A stretch of DNA of 64,000 bases from an uncultured Acidobacteriota bacterium (GTDB lineage: Bacteria; Acidobacteriota; Thermoanaerobaculia; Multivoradales; UBA5704): assembly GCA_963700145.1 (NCBI GenBank), contig OY969474.1:1408001-1472000 (forward strand), written 5' to 3'. The position numbers and the translations under genes were made by a program. The notes beneath the pieces are model-generated. The model saw only the letters and a program-made list of their open reading frames with translations, searched no databases and had not been told where the DNA came from. How positions within the stretch are numbered: position 1 is the stretch's first letter; each line of letters opens with the position of its first letter. Shown piece by piece: positions 27,139 to 37,859 of the stretch.

Positions 27139-29105
27139 ATGCTCAGGTCTTCGGCCCCTTGCCTCGCGGCCGCGACGCTCCTCGCCGTCGTCTCGACGCT
27201 CGCCGCCTGCGCCGGCGGCGGCGCGAGCCCCGCGCCGGCGCCTCCCCGCGCGGAGCCGCTGACCACCGCCGATGCCGTCGCCGCCGGCGGCGAGTGGGGG
27301 CCTACGGCAACGACCCGGGCGGCTCGCGCTACTCGCCGCTGGCGCAGATCGACCGCGGCAACGTCGGCCGGCTGCGCCCGGCCTGGACCTTCCACACCGG
27401 GGCACTCAAGCCGGCCACCGAGCTCAACGAGAAGGCCACCTTCGAGTCGACGCCGGTCGTCGCCGGCGGCACGCTCTACGTCACCTCCCCGTTCAACCAG
27501 GTCTTCGCGCTCGACCCGACGACCGGCGCCGAGCGCTGGCGCTTCGACCCCGGCATCGACCGCGGCGGCTCCTACTCCGAGGTCACCTCGCGCGGCGTCG
27601 CCCTCTGGCGGAGCGCGGAGCCGGCGGGCGCCTGCGCGGCCCGCGTCCTCTTCGGCACCCTCGACGCCCGCCTCATCGCGCTCGACGCGGCGGACGGCCG
27701 CCCTTGCGCGGACTTCGGCCGCGGCGGGGAGGTCGATCTGACGGCGGGGGTCGAGGTCGTCGACCGCGGCGACTACCAGGTGACCTCGGCGCCGACGGTG
27801 ATCGGCGATCTCGTCGTCGTCGGCTCGTCGATCGGCGACAACGGCCGCTACGACAAGGAGCGCGGCGTGGTGCGCGCCTACGACGTCTGCACCGGCGCGC
27901 TGCGCTGGAGCTGGGACCCGCTGCTCCCCGGCGCCGGCAAGACGGGGGCGGCGAACGCCTGGTCGACGATCTCGGCCGACCCCGAGCGCGGCCTGGTTTT
28001 CGTGCCGACCGGCAGCGCCAGCCCCGACTACTACGGCGGCCTCCGCCCAGGCGAAAACCGCCACGCCAACTCGGTCGTCGCCCTGCGCGCCGCGACCGGC
28101 GAGGTGGTGTGGAGCTTCCAGGTCGTCCACCACGACCTCTGGGACTACGACGTCGCGGCGCAGCCGCTGCTCGTCACCGTGCCGCACGGCGGCGCCGAGG
28201 TGCCGGCGGTGGCGGTGAACACCAAGATGGGCAACCTCTTCCTGCTCCACCGCGAGACCGGCGCGCCGCTCTACGGCGTCGAGGAGCGGGCGGTACCGGC
28301 GAGCGACGTCGCCGGCGAGCAGGCCGCCGCGACGCAGCCGTTCCCGGCCAACCCGCCCCTCGTGCCGCAGCGCTTCGCCGCCGGCGAGCTCTTCGCGCTG
28401 ACGCCCGGCGACCGCGAGAGCTGCGAGGCGCTGCTGCGCGGGGCGCGCAACGAGGGGATGTTCACGCCGCCGAGCCTCGGCGGCACGCTGGTCTACCCCG
28501 GCAACGCCGGCGGCGTCGCCTGGGGGGGCGCGGCCTGGGACCCCGAGCGCGACCTGATGCTGGTCAACACCATCCGCCTCGCCTTCCTGGTGCGGCTCAT
28601 TCCGCGCGAGGAGATGGCGGCGCGGCGCGGCGAGGCCGCCAACAACCGCCTGCGCGGGGAGTTCGGCAGCCAGCGAGGCACCCCGTACGGTATGTACCGC
28701 GAGCCCTTCCTCGCCCCGAGCGGCCTCCCCTGCACGCCGCCGCCGTGGGGAACGCTCGTGGCGGTCGACCTCGCGACCGGCGAGAAGCGGTGGGAGGTGC
28801 CGAACGGCGCCATCGAGCTGCCGGGCGGCAAGCGCCTAGACGGCCTGCCCGGCTTCGGCGGGCCGCTGGTCACCGGCGGCGGGCTCGTCTTCCTCTCCGC
28901 CGCCTTCCGCGACGACCGCCTGCGCGCCTACGACGTGGAGACCGGCAAGGTGCTCTGGGAGGCGCCGCTCCCGGCCGGCGGCCAGGCGACGCCGATGACC
29001 TACCTCGGCCGCGACGGCAAGCAGTACGTGGTGATCGCCGCCGGCGGGCACGGCAAGGCCGGCACCCGCCAGGGGGACTCCCTGGTCGCCTTCGCCCTGC
29101 CGTAG
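27139..29105 (+). pseudogene. PQQ-dependent (glucose/quinate-type) dehydrogenase with a single frameshift
   Basis: Lipoprotein signal in the 27139 frame; catalytic body (YGND..GSRYSPLAQI, HHDLWDYD, ATPMTY...GKQYVVIAAGGH) in another frame. The switch is at the G5 run 27296-27300. Confidence 0.8.
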
Positions 29106-29109
29106 AAAC

Positions 29110-31227
29110 TCAGGCCGCGCGACGTAGGCGCCGGCCCCGCCGCCCTTCGCGGACGCCGCGGCGGACCGCCTGCAAGGCTTCCCGCAGCTCCTCCCGCTGT
29201 GGCGCGGACAGCTCCATGCCGCCGAAGCTCTCGCGCAGGTAGAGGTCGACGATGCGCGCGGCAGGCGCGGCGACCTCGGGGTGGCGGCGGGCGGCTTCGC
29301 CGCGCAGGGCGAGGGGGGCGAGCGACGGCGGCAGGCGCGCCCCCTCGCGCTCCAGCCGGCGGCGGAGGGCGCGGTAGGCGGCGGTGGCGGTGAGCGGCGG
29401 GCGGCGGCGGAGCCAGACGAGCGCGAGCGCCGCCGCCAGCACGGCCGCGGCGATCAGCCAGGGCCAGAGCTCGCCGGCGCCGGGGGCCTCGACCCCGGGC
29501 GCCTCCGGAGCCGGCGCCTCGGCGGGCGCTGGCGGAGCTTCCGGCGCGGCCGGCGCCCCGGCGTCCGGCCGGTCGAAGAGCCCTTTGATCTCCAGCCAGA
29601 GCGAGCGCAGGGTGCGGAAGATGGTGAGCTGGTCGTAGAGCCCGAAGGTCAGGACGTAGCGATCCCAGCGGAAGAGCAGGAAGTCGTAGGCCTGCCGCAC
29701 GACGGCGAAGGCCCCCTCGGCGCTCGCCACCGGCCGCCCGGCCGGCGGCGTCGGGTCGAAGGCGCGCCAGCCCGCCCCCGGCAGATACGCCTCCACCCAG
29801 GCGTGCGCGTTGGCGTCGCGCACGATGTAGTAGCCCTCGAAGACGTTGTACTCGCCGCCGAGGAAGCCGGTCACCAGGCGCGCCGGCACCCCTTCCGCCC
29901 GCAGCATCAGCACCATCGCCGAGGCGAAGTACTCGCACTGGCCGCTGCGGTAGGTGAAGAGGAAGTCCTCGATCGGGTTGTCGGTCCCGCGGCCGGTGAA
30001 GTCGGCGGTGTAGGCGTACTGCCCGCTGAGGTGCGCCTCGAGGCGGCGGATGCGCTCCGCGGGCGGCCCCTCCCCCATCACCCGCGACGCCAGCTCGGCG
30101 ATGCGCGGCGTCACCCCGCCGCGGTCGAGCGTCGCGTCCTCCGCCGCCGGCGCCGGGCCGCGCGCCGCGTCCACCGGCCGCGCCGCCATCCCCACCTTGT
30201 AGTAGAGGGTCTCGACCGGCACGTACGGCAGCGAGACCGCGCCGCCGCGGTCGACGTCGAGCGCCGACGACACCGTCGGCTCGACGACCAGCGTCTCGAC
30301 CGGCAGCGGCAGGCTGGAGCTGCGCATCGGCTGGCGCCAGATCTCGACCTCGGCGATCGGCTCCCCCGGCACCAGCCAGAAGCGCACGCCGCGCCGCCGC
30401 TGCAGCTCCCCGGCCTTCGGCGAGCGGCCCCAACGGCCGCCGTCGTAGATCTCGTGGGTCGCCGCCTTGAAGCGCATTTCCTCGACCGGCTGCACGCCGC
30501 GCTCGAACTGCAGCCGCAGCGCCACCTCGCGGCTCTCGCGGATCTGGCCGATCGAGTCGAGCGTCACCTCCTCGGTGAAGCCGGCGGCCTCGATCGTGCT
30601 CCCCATGGGCGGCGCGCCGCGGCCGACGATGTAGGGGGCGCGCAGGCGCGGCAGGGTGGCGAAGAGCGGGATGGCGAGGACGGCGCTCGCCACGGTGGCG
30701 AGCGCCAGGAAGCCGCGCAGCGGCAGGCGCGGCCCGGCCGGCTCGTGCCGCCCGAAGCCGGCCAGCACGTGGAGGTAGGCGAAGCGGGCGAGGAGGAAGA
30801 GCGCCAGGCCGGCGAAGGCGAGCAGGTAGAGGACGATCGATGGATGGACGCTGGTGCCCATCGCGGCGAGGAAGAGGAAGAAGACGCCGAGCGCCGCCTG
30901 CCACTTGTCGCGCTCGCGGCGCAGGGCGAAGAGCTTGACCGCGAGGGCGAAGAGCGCGAGGTCGAGCACCGGCCCGACCAGGCGGCCGCGGCCGAGGGCG
31001 AAGACGTCGAAGACGAAGAAGGGCAGGTAGGCCAGCCCGAGGACGTTCATCCCCCAGGTGGGCAGCCAGCGCGGCTCCTCGTTCCAGGCGCGGTGGAGGC
31101 ACCAGCCGACCGCCGCGAGGTAGGCGAGGAGGAACGGCCAGCGCACCATCTCGTTGAACGGCAGCGGCAGCGGCGCGAGGAACGCCAGCGCCCCGAGCAG
31201 CAGCCGCTTCTCGCGCGCGAAGCTCAC
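29110..31227 (-). CDS. TgpA-type transglutaminase (DUF3488 + transglutaminase + DUF4129)
   Basis: GTG 31227; N-terminal TMs; [18 protein letters not shown] and FDPTP catalytic motifs. Confidence 0.9.
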   Translation of the reverse strand: MSFAREKRLLLGALAFLAPLPLPFNEMVRWPFLLAYLAAVGWCLHRAWNEEPRWLPTWGMNVLGLAYLPFFVFDVFALGRGRLVGPVLDLALFALAVKLFALRRERDKWQAALGVFFLFLAAMGTSVHPSIVLYLLAFAGLALFLLARFAYLHVLAGFGRHEPAGPRLPLRGFLALATVASAVLAIPLFATLPRLRAPYIVGRGAPPMGSTIEAAGFTEEVTLDSIGQIRESREVALRLQFERGVQPVEEMRFKAATHEIYDGGRWGRSPKAGELQRRRGVRFWLVPGEPIAEVEIWRQPMRSSSLPLPVETLVVEPTVSSALDVDRGGAVSLPYVPVETLYYKVGMAARPVDAARGPAPAAEDATLDRGGVTPRIAELASRVMGEGPPAERIRRLEAHLSGQYAYTADFTGRGTDNPIEDFLFTYRSGQCEYFASAMVLMLRAEGVPARLVTGFLGGEYNVFEGYYIVRDANAHAWVEAYLPGAGWRAFDPTPPAGRPVASAEGAFAVVRQAYDFLLFRWDRYVLTFGLYDQLTIFRTLRSLWLEIKGLFDRPDAGAPAAPEAPPAPAEAPAPEAPGVEAPGAGELWPWLIAAAVLAAALALVWLRRRPPLTATAAYRALRRRLEREGARLPPSLAPLALRGEAARRHPEVAAPAARIVDLYLRESFGGMELSAPQREELREALQAVRRGVREGRRGRRLRRAA

Positions 31228-32249
31228 GCGGCCCCTCCGGTGGCCGCGGGGGTGGCGAGCTTGCGCGGCTCCATCGCCACCCGCAGCTCCGGCACGCGCG
31301 GGTCGCCGCCGGCGAGCGGCTCGGGGCGGCGGGCGACCGGGCCGATCAGCGCCAGCGCCTCCAACACCGCGACCCGCTGCCGCGCCCCGGCGGCGAAGGG
31401 CAGCGTCCGGTCGCGGGTGACGAGCTGCACCTCGTAGCCGCGGGCGAGGGCGTCGACGGCGGCCGTCGCGGCCTCCGAGACCAGGCGCTCGAAGCGCTGC
31501 CGCGCCGCCTCGTCGGGGAGGTCGCCGACGCCGTTGTCGAAGACCACCGCCAGCCGCCGGCTGCGCTCGGCCTCGCGCTCCATGAAGACCAGGTCGCCGG
31601 TGCGCGCCGTCTGCTTCCAGTGGATGCTGCGCGGGTCGTCGCCGCGGCGGAAGGCGCGCAGGGCGTGGAGGTCGTGCCCCCAGCCGGCGCGGCGGGTCGT
31701 CTGGTGGCCGATCGGCGAGGCGCCGTCGCGGCGCGGCGGCGCGGCCCCGAAGAGCTCGGGGTAGACGACGAGCTCGCTCGCGCTGCGGAAGCGGACGCCC
31801 TTCTGGAAGAGGCCGAAGGGGAAGAGGCTGGTGACGTGCGCCGCGGGGAACGGGTGGCGGCCGCGCGCGCCGAGCAGCAGCTCGAGCTGGCCGCGGCTGC
31901 GCCCGCGCCGCGGCAGGTAGGGCACGAGGAGCGGCTGCCCCTGCCGCCCGAGCGAGACGAGGAGGAGCCACCGCCCGGCGAGGCGCCCGGTGTTGTGCAG
32001 GCGCAGCGCGACGCTGAAGGGCGTGTTGGCGAAGACCTCGTGCGGCGGGTCGAGCTCGACCGCCAGCCCGCGCACGTTGGCGCGCGAGGTCACCCCCGAC
32101 ACCAGCAGCGCCCCGAGCATCACCGCCAGCACCATGTAGAGGGCGTTGTTCCCCGTATTCGTCGCCGCCACCGCCGTCACCAGCGCCAGCAGCACGTACC
32201 ACAGCCCGACCTGGGTGATGCGGATGCCTTCGGGAACGGTGCGCGGCAT
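31224..32249 (-). CDS. DUF58 protein
   Basis: [16 protein letters not shown] and [20 protein letters not shown] motifs. Confidence 0.9.
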   Translation of the reverse strand: MPRTVPEGIRITQVGLWYVLLALVTAVAATNTGNNALYMVLAVMLGALLVSGVTSRANVRGLAVELDPPHEVFANTPFSVALRLHNTGRLAGRWLLLVSLGRQGQPLLVPYLPRRGRSRGQLELLLGARGRHPFPAAHVTSLFPFGLFQKGVRFRSASELVVYPELFGAAPPRRDGASPIGHQTTRRAGWGHDLHALRAFRRGDDPRSIHWKQTARTGDLVFMEREAERSRRLAVVFDNGVGDLPDEAARQRFERLVSEAATAAVDALARGYEVQLVTRDRTLPFAAGARQRVAVLEALALIGPVARRPEPLAGGDPRVPELRVAMEPRKLATPAATGGAA

Positions 32250-32292
32250 GAGGGCAAACCCTGAGCTCAGAAAAAGATACCAGAGACGCGAT

Positions 32293-32319
32293 GGAGCGCC
32301 GCCACGGTGGCGGCGCTCC
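32293..32319. terminator. Perfect 13-bp inverted repeat between the S8 and DUF58 genes
   Basis: ggagcgccgccac-g-gtggcggcgctcc, with A-runs nearby on both sides. Confidence 0.5.
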
Positions 32320-32348
32320 GATCAAAAAAACAGGCTCTCGCGGGGTGT

Positions 32349-33851
32349 TTACGACCAGAACCGCACAACCGTCTGGTAACTGCTCGTCTGCCCGCCCGTG
32401 TCGGTGACGGTCAGGGTCACCGGGTACTCGCCGGGGCCTTTCGGGTAGCTCTTGCGCGCCGTCGCCTTGGCGCCGGAGGTGCCGTCGCCGTCGCCGAAGG
32501 ACCACTCGTAGGTGCCGATCCCCATGTCGTCGCTCGAGCGGGTGGCGTCGAAGCTGCACGAGTAGCGGTTGCCGTTGCAGCTCATCGTGAAGTAGGCGAC
32601 CGGCGGGTCGTCGCTCGCGTCGGCGCCGGCGGCGGCGTAGAGCAGGAGGTCCGGCGAGCCGTCGCCGGCGGCGGTGACGGCGCCGCCGGTGGCCGCGTCG
32701 ACGAGCGCCATCTGCACGACGTCCGGCGTCGCCTCGCGGTGGTCGGCCAGGTAGAGGGCGGCGGCGGCCGCGGCGTGCGGGGCGGCCATCGAGGTGCCGG
32801 TGATCGGCAGGCTGTCCACGTTGCTGCGGATGAAGGCCGAGACGATCTGGTGGCCCGGCGCGAAGAGGTCCACGCAGGGCCCGAAGTTCGAGTAGCCCCA
32901 GCGCTGGTCGAGGGCGTTGCTGGCGCCGACCGTGATCGCTTCGGGCAGGCGCGCCGGCGAGGAGGTGCAGGCGTCGGCCATGCGGTTGCCGGCCGCCACG
33001 GTGTAGGTGATGCCGGCGCGGATCGAGCTGCGCACCGCGTCGTCGAGCGGGATCGAGCTCAGGGTCTCGAGGCTGATGTTGGCCACCGCCTTCCAGCGCT
33101 TCGACGCCGGACCGGACTGGTGGGCCTGGTAGTTCGCGGTCACCCACTCGATGCCGCTGATCAGCCAGGAGACGGCGCTGAAGCCGGTGCAGTCGGCGAT
33201 CCGCACGGGGTGGAGGGTGACGCCCTTGGCGCCGCCGTAGGTGACGCCGCCGATGATGCCGGCGACGTGGGTGCCGTGGCCGTGACAGTCCTCGGTGCCG
33301 CGCCCGTCGGCGATCGTCGTGAAGCCGTTCGCCGTGTCGACGCGGCCGGCGAAGTCGGCGTGCGTGCTGAGGATGCCGGTGTCGAGGACGTAGACGTGGA
33401 TGCCGGCGCCGTTGCCGCCGTAGCTGTAAGCGCCGTCGAGGCCGGCGGCGCGCTGGTCGATGCGGTCGAGGCCCCAGGAGGGCGGGGCCTGCTGCGTCGC
33501 CGCCAGCTCGACGCGGCCGTCCTCGGCGACGTAGGCGACGCGGCTGTCGGCGGCCAGGGCCCGCGCCTGCTCGGCGGTGGCCTGGATGACGAAGCCCTTG
33601 AAAACGCGCTCGAAGCGGCGCGTCGGCCGGCCGCCGTAGCGCAGGCCGAGGGCGCTCGCCACCTCGGGCACGCTGGGGCCGTCGAGGAGCGAGCCGCCCG
33701 CCTCCCGCGCGGCGCCCTCCTCGAGCTTCACGATGTACTGCCCGCGGATCGGCTCGGGGCTCGCGACCACGCCGTCGGCCGCGGCGGCGGCGGTGGCGGA
33801 AGTCGTCAGGAGGATCGCCGCCAGGATCGTCGGGGTGGTGGTGGCTCGCAT
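32349..33851 (-). CDS. S8 (proteinase K-like) serine protease with I9 pro-domain and PKD domain
   Basis: [32 protein letters not shown]; C-terminal WSFGDG (PKD). Confidence 0.95.
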   Translation of the reverse strand: MRATTTPTILAAILLTTSATAAAAADGVVASPEPIRGQYIVKLEEGAAREAGGSLLDGPSVPEVASALGLRYGGRPTRRFERVFKGFVIQATAEQARALAADSRVAYVAEDGRVELAATQQAPPSWGLDRIDQRAAGLDGAYSYGGNGAGIHVYVLDTGILSTHADFAGRVDTANGFTTIADGRGTEDCHGHGTHVAGIIGGVTYGGAKGVTLHPVRIADCTGFSAVSWLISGIEWVTANYQAHQSGPASKRWKAVANISLETLSSIPLDDAVRSSIRAGITYTVAAGNRMADACTSSPARLPEAITVGASNALDQRWGYSNFGPCVDLFAPGHQIVSAFIRSNVDSLPITGTSMAAPHAAAAAALYLADHREATPDVVQMALVDAATGGAVTAAGDGSPDLLLYAAAGADASDDPPVAYFTMSCNGNRYSCSFDATRSSDDMGIGTYEWSFGDGDGTSGAKATARKSYPKGPGEYPVTLTVTDTGGQTSSYQTVVRFWS

Positions 33852-33991
33852 CGCTCGGCCCTCGTCTGGTTCGCTTCGCGGATTGACTTCCGCTGACGAG
33901 AAGCAGCCTAGGGAGCGATCGAGAAGCGCTGGATCGGCCGGACGCTGGACTCAGCGTCGGCGTGCGAGGACGGGCGGTGTCGGTGCGAGTC

Positions 33992-34747
33992 CTACGGCGC
34001 GGTGCGCGACGCGGCCGGAAGGGAGACGCGCCAGCTCCCCTCCCGCGGGCTCTCCGTGGAGCCGCCCAGGGACCGGACCAGTTCCTCGGCCTCGGCGGGC
34101 GGCCGCCACGCCCCCGGGCTGGCCGTCACCTCGACCTCGAGGCAGGGCGCCGTCCCCTCGGCCCCCTCGGCGGCCGGCGGGACGCGGGCGGCGAGCGTGA
34201 GCCGCCCCTCCTCCCCCACGGCCTCCCGCGCGGCGAGCCCGAGCCGCAGGAGGAGCTGATGGACCACGGCGGGCTCGCCGAAGAGGAGAGGGAGGTCCGG
34301 CGGATAGTCGGTCACCAGCTCGACCCCGGGCGGCAGGGCCGTCCGCAGCATCCGCTGCGCGTCGGTCAGCAGGCTCCGGAGCTGGAACGGCGCCGGCTCG
34401 CCCGCCGCGCTGCTCGCCAGCGCAAGCATCTGGCGCAGCAGCGCCACCGCCTGCCGCAGGCTGTCCTCCAGGCCCGCCCGGACGTCCGTCTCCTCGGGTC
34501 CGCCGGGGGCCAGCAGCTCGAGCGACATGAGCGCCGTCGCCAGGAGATTGTTGAGGTGATGCGCAAGACCCCCGGCCAGGGCGGCGATGGCCTCCGCCTT
34601 GCCCGCGGCGAGCAGGGCCTCGCGGCGCGCCAGCGCGGCGGCCTCCTCCGGGCTCGCCGCCACGCTCGCTTCGAGCCCCGCCGCCTCCAGGCGGCGGGCG
34701 GCCTCGGCAGGGTCCCCCGCGGCGATCAGGATGATGGGTTGTCGCAC
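33992..34747 (-). CDS. Degenerate histidine-kinase-like protein
   Basis: H-box [13 protein letters not shown] is present; the N-box reads [14 protein letters not shown] with no Asn; no recognisable G-boxes. Confidence 0.65.
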   Translation of the reverse strand: MRQPIILIAAGDPAEAARRLEAAGLEASVAASPEEAAALARREALLAAGKAEAIAALAGGLAHHLNNLLATALMSLELLAPGGPEETDVRAGLEDSLRQAVALLRQMLALASSAAGEPAPFQLRSLLTDAQRMLRTALPPGVELVTDYPPDLPLLFGEPAVVHQLLLRLGLAAREAVGEEGRLTLAARVPPAAEGAEGTAPCLEVEVTASPGAWRPPAEAEELVRSLGGSTESPREGSWRVSLPAASRTAP

Positions 34748-34798
34748 TCGACCTCGGGTTTCAATTATGGTGCAAGCACGATCTGAAAGGCTGAGGGG

Positions 34799-35881
34799 GT
34801 GTCGGTGCGGCGGATCCTGGTAGTGGACGACCTCGAGCAGAACCGTCTGGTTCTGACGAAGATGCTGCAGCTGCTCGGCTACGAGGTCGAGACCGCCGCC
34901 GACGGCCTCGAGGCGCTGGCCAAGCTGCCGCTCGACATCGACCTCGTCCTCCTCGACGTCATGATGCCCGGCATCGACGGCTACGAGGTCGCCCGCCGCA
35001 TCCGCGCCGATCCGGCGGTGCGCGACCTCCCCGTCATCATGGTCACCGCGCTCGACCAGCGCGAGGACCGGGTGCGGGCGGTGGAGGCCGGGGCGAGCGA
35101 CTTCATCGCCAAGCCGGTGGACCGCACGGAGCTGCGGGTGCGGCTCGACTCGCAGATGCAGCTCAAGGAGGCGAAGGACGCGCTCAAGCGCCACAGCCAG
35201 GAGCTCGAGGGGAAGGTCGAGCAGCGCACCGCCGCCCTGCGCCGGGCGCTCGAGGAGATGGCCGAGGCCCAGCGCCTGACCTACGCCGCGCAGCTCGACA
35301 CCATCCACCGGCTCGTCATCGCCGCCGGCTACAAGGACTTCGACACCGCCGAGCACATCCAGCGGCTGAGCCGGCTCGGGACCGTGCTCGCCGAGGCCCT
35401 GCACCTCCCTCCCGGCGAGATCGAGGTGCTGCGCCACGCCATCCCGATGCACGACGTGGGGAAGATCGGCATCCCGGACGCCATCCTGCTCAAGCCCGGC
35501 CGCCTGACGCCGGAAGAGCGCGGCGTCATGGAGACGCACACGACGATCGGCTCGCGCATCCTCGCCGGCTCGAGCTCCCCGCTGCTCCAGGCCGGCGAGA
35601 CGATCGCGCTCACCCATCACGAGCGCTGGGACGGCACGGGCTATCCGCAAAAGCTCGCCGGCGAGGACATCCCGCTCAGCGGCCGCCTCTGCGCCCTCGT
35701 CGACGTCTACGACGCCCTCTCCTCGAACCGCCCCTACCGGCCGGCGCTCCCCGAGAGCGAGACGCTGACCCTGATGCGCGAAGGCCGGGGCACGCAGTTC
35801 GACCCCGATCTCTTCGACCTCTTCCTCGAGCAGCTCACCCGCATCCGCGAGGTCCGCGCCCAGGCGCCGGCCGGCGCGTAG
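34799..35881 (+). CDS. Response regulator with HD-GYP phosphodiesterase domain (RpfG-like)
   Basis: REC domain (ILVVDD, LLDVMMP, KP); HDVGKIG and HHERWDGTGYP motifs. Confidence 0.95.
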   Translation: MSVRRILVVDDLEQNRLVLTKMLQLLGYEVETAADGLEALAKLPLDIDLVLLDVMMPGIDGYEVARRIRADPAVRDLPVIMVTALDQREDRVRAVEAGASDFIAKPVDRTELRVRLDSQMQLKEAKDALKRHSQELEGKVEQRTAALRRALEEMAEAQRLTYAAQLDTIHRLVIAAGYKDFDTAEHIQRLSRLGTVLAEALHLPPGEIEVLRHAIPMHDVGKIGIPDAILLKPGRLTPEERGVMETHTTIGSRILAGSSSPLLQAGETIALTHHERWDGTGYPQKLAGEDIPLSGRLCALVDVYDALSSNRPYRPALPESETLTLMREGRGTQFDPDLFDLFLEQLTRIREVRAQAPAGA

Positions 35882-35930
35882 GCGCCGGCGACGCTTCTCC
35901 GCTGGCTAGGCTCGAGTTCTCCGCTCGCCA

Positions 35931-36863
35931 TCACTTTTCCACGGGGACCGCCAACCGTTCGAGGACGCGGGCCGCCCTCGGCAACTCGCGGGGCGGCGTT
36001 TTCCACTCTCGACCCACCTGTGCCTGATGTTTCCCGGGACTGCTCCAGTGGACGAAGACCCAGTCCACCGGGTCGAGCCAGCCCTTGTGGGGCGGCCGGG
36101 CGGACTGCCTCAGGCTGGCGACGAGGCCGCCCTCGAAGCGGACCACATGCAGCGGCAGGAGCAGCTTCTCCGGGAACGGCCCGGCCGTCGCGCGCGCCTT
36201 GAGCTCCCGGCGCAGCAAGGGTCGTTCGGCGAGTAACCGGCGCAGCCAGCGGAGAGAGGCGAAGTAGTAGGGGCTGCGGCTGGTGCCGGGGAGCTCCAGC
36301 TTCTCGGCCGCGACGATCTGTCCTTTCTCCCGCCGGTGCGGCAGGCCGAGGACTTCGCGGACGAGCGCGGCGGCGGCTTGGTTGCGTGGGAGCGCGGTCT
36401 TCGTGCGCAGGCCGGGGGCCCAGGGCTCGCCGTCGGGCGAGGCGAGCGCGTTGTAGAGGCGGAGGGCGCGGCCGAGCCAGTCGAGGGCGAGGTTCCTGAG
36501 CTTGGGGCGGGGGTGCTCGAGGGTGGCGCAGAGGATGGCGGTGTGGGCTTCGAGGTGCATGCCGGCGTGGGGGTCCGGGCAGAGGCACTCGGTGCGGTAC
36601 ATGCCCTGCTCGCGCTCCAGCTCGTAGAGCTTGACGACCTGGGCGAAGGCCAGGCGGCGCTCGGCGGGCTCGACCTCGGCCAAGAGCACCCGCCAGAGCC
36701 AGCTGGCGGCGAGCATGGCCTGGTAGTTGGCGGTCTCGGCCCAGGTGCCGTCGTCGAGGCCGAGGATCTTGCGGAGGTAGGGATCCTGGCGGGGGTCGGA
36801 GACGACGCGGCCTGCGAAGCAGGCGGCGAGGCGGGCTTGGAGGCCGACGTGGGCGGGTTTCAT
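35931..36863 (-). CDS. Hypothetical protein
   Basis: 310 aa; ATG start; coding-like codon usage; no family recognised. Confidence 0.7.
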   Translation of the reverse strand: MKPAHVGLQARLAACFAGRVVSDPRQDPYLRKILGLDDGTWAETANYQAMLAASWLWRVLLAEVEPAERRLAFAQVVKLYELEREQGMYRTECLCPDPHAGMHLEAHTAILCATLEHPRPKLRNLALDWLGRALRLYNALASPDGEPWAPGLRTKTALPRNQAAAALVREVLGLPHRREKGQIVAAEKLELPGTSRSPYYFASLRWLRRLLAERPLLRRELKARATAGPFPEKLLLPLHVVRFEGGLVASLRQSARPPHKGWLDPVDWVFVHWSSPGKHQAQVGREWKTPPRELPRAARVLERLAVPVEK

Positions 36864-36888
36864 GGGTGGCTTCGGGGTCAGGAAACGA

Positions 36889-36910
36889 CGGGGGGCGTCA
36901 CCGCCCCCCG
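36889..36910 (-). terminator. Probable intrinsic terminator after small protein copy B
   Basis: 9-bp GC stem cggggggcg / cgccccccg, followed on the minus strand by tcgtttcct; about 13 nt past the stop codon. Confidence 0.55.
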
Positions 36911-36923
36911 CGGTGCGCTCAGC

Positions 36924-37307
36924 CTACTTCGTCGCCGCCGGAGTGGGCTCCGACGCCGGTGCCGGCGGCGGGGTCTCGGGCTTCTTCGTGCGCCGCCCGC
37001 CGCGCGGCCGGAGGCCGAACTCGTGGAGCACCTTGTTCTTGGTGCCAAACTGACCGCGCAGGGCGGCGTCGGCCTGGCTGCGCAGCTCGACGCCGCGGGC
37101 CTCGGCTCGCCGGCGCTTCTCGTTGGTCTCCCGCAGGCGCGCGGTGTAGATCTCCTGCTGGGTCTCGAGGCCCCGGGTCTCCGCGAGCCAGGCTTCGAGG
37201 TCGGTCTGCAGCGGCTCGAGAAGCGGGATCTCGGGCAGGCGCGCCTTGAGGTTGGTGCTCAGGATGTCCATCGCCGCGATGAGGTTGATCAGGTTCCGGT
37301 CAGGCAT
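36924..37307 (-). CDS. Small helical protein, repeat-array-associated family (copy B, 127 aa)
   Basis: AAGGAG RBS; MPDRNLINL...LRGQFGTKNKVLHEFGLRPR; paralog of 2858-3235. Confidence 0.85.
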   Translation of the reverse strand: MPDRNLINLIAAMDILSTNLKARLPEIPLLEPLQTDLEAWLAETRGLETQQEIYTARLRETNEKRRRAEARGVELRSQADAALRGQFGTKNKVLHEFGLRPRGGRRTKKPETPPPAPASEPTPAATK

Positions 37308-37392
37308 GGGGGCTCTCCTTCAATCCAGACAGTGGACGAAAGCGCCAAGCGGAGGATTCCGCCGGCGCGGGTGAGAGGGAGGGGCGGCGGGG

Positions 37393-37655
37393 GAAGCCTC
37401 GCCACGCGTTGGCGAAGCTTCCCTTTTCAAGAGCGAAGCTTCCCCACCGGAAAGCGAAGCTTGGCTGTTCAAAGGGGAAGCTTTCCCGTCCGAGAGCGAA
37501 GCTTCGCTTTTCAAAAGACAAGCTTCGCCATCGGAAAGCGAAGCTTCGCCTTTCAAGAGGGAAGCTTCGCCAACGGAAAGGGAAGCTTCGCTTTTCGAAG
37601 GTGAAGCTTCGCCATCGGAAGGGGAAGCTTCGCTTTTCAGAGGGCAAGCTTCCCC
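37393..37655. repeat. Tandem array: 13 units of 21 bp with palindromic GAAGCTTC core and alternating spacers (42-bp higher-order period)
   Basis: Cores at 37393, 37414, 37435, 37456, 37477, 37498, 37519, 37540, 37561, 37582, 37603, 37624 and 37645. Confidence 0.95.
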
Positions 37656-37708
37656 AGTCGGGAGGGGTCGAGCCGCTTCCGGGTTGTTTTGTTCCCTCAT
37701 GAGCGGGT

Positions 37709-37737
37709 ATTTAACCCGTTCAGTGTGGCGAAGTCAA
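37709..37737 (-). promoter_or_regulatory. Candidate sigma70 promoter facing array 2
   Basis: TTGACT-N17-TTAAAT on the minus strand in an AT-enriched patch; the -10 box is imperfect. Confidence 0.4.
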
Positions 37738-37859
37738 CCCTTCACCATGCGCGAGGGGCGGAAGGACAAGGCGGCGGAGGCCTTCGCCCGCGGCGGCGGA
37801 CTTCCGGCGGGCAGCGAGGCTCGCGCTCGAGATCGGGGGACGAGGGGAAGGCGGGCGAG

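Noticed and set aside
29480-29570. Pro/Ala-rich linker in the transglutaminase gene containing one ggagcttcc
   Set aside because: There is no fixed DNA period, so it is an ordinary low-complexity linker and not a fourth array.
37300-37702. Several overlapping repeat-peptide ORFs (RSF, KLR/KLP frames)
   Set aside because: These are by-products of a stop-free 21-bp repeat. Only the ATG-37700 frame is kept, as a speculative finding.
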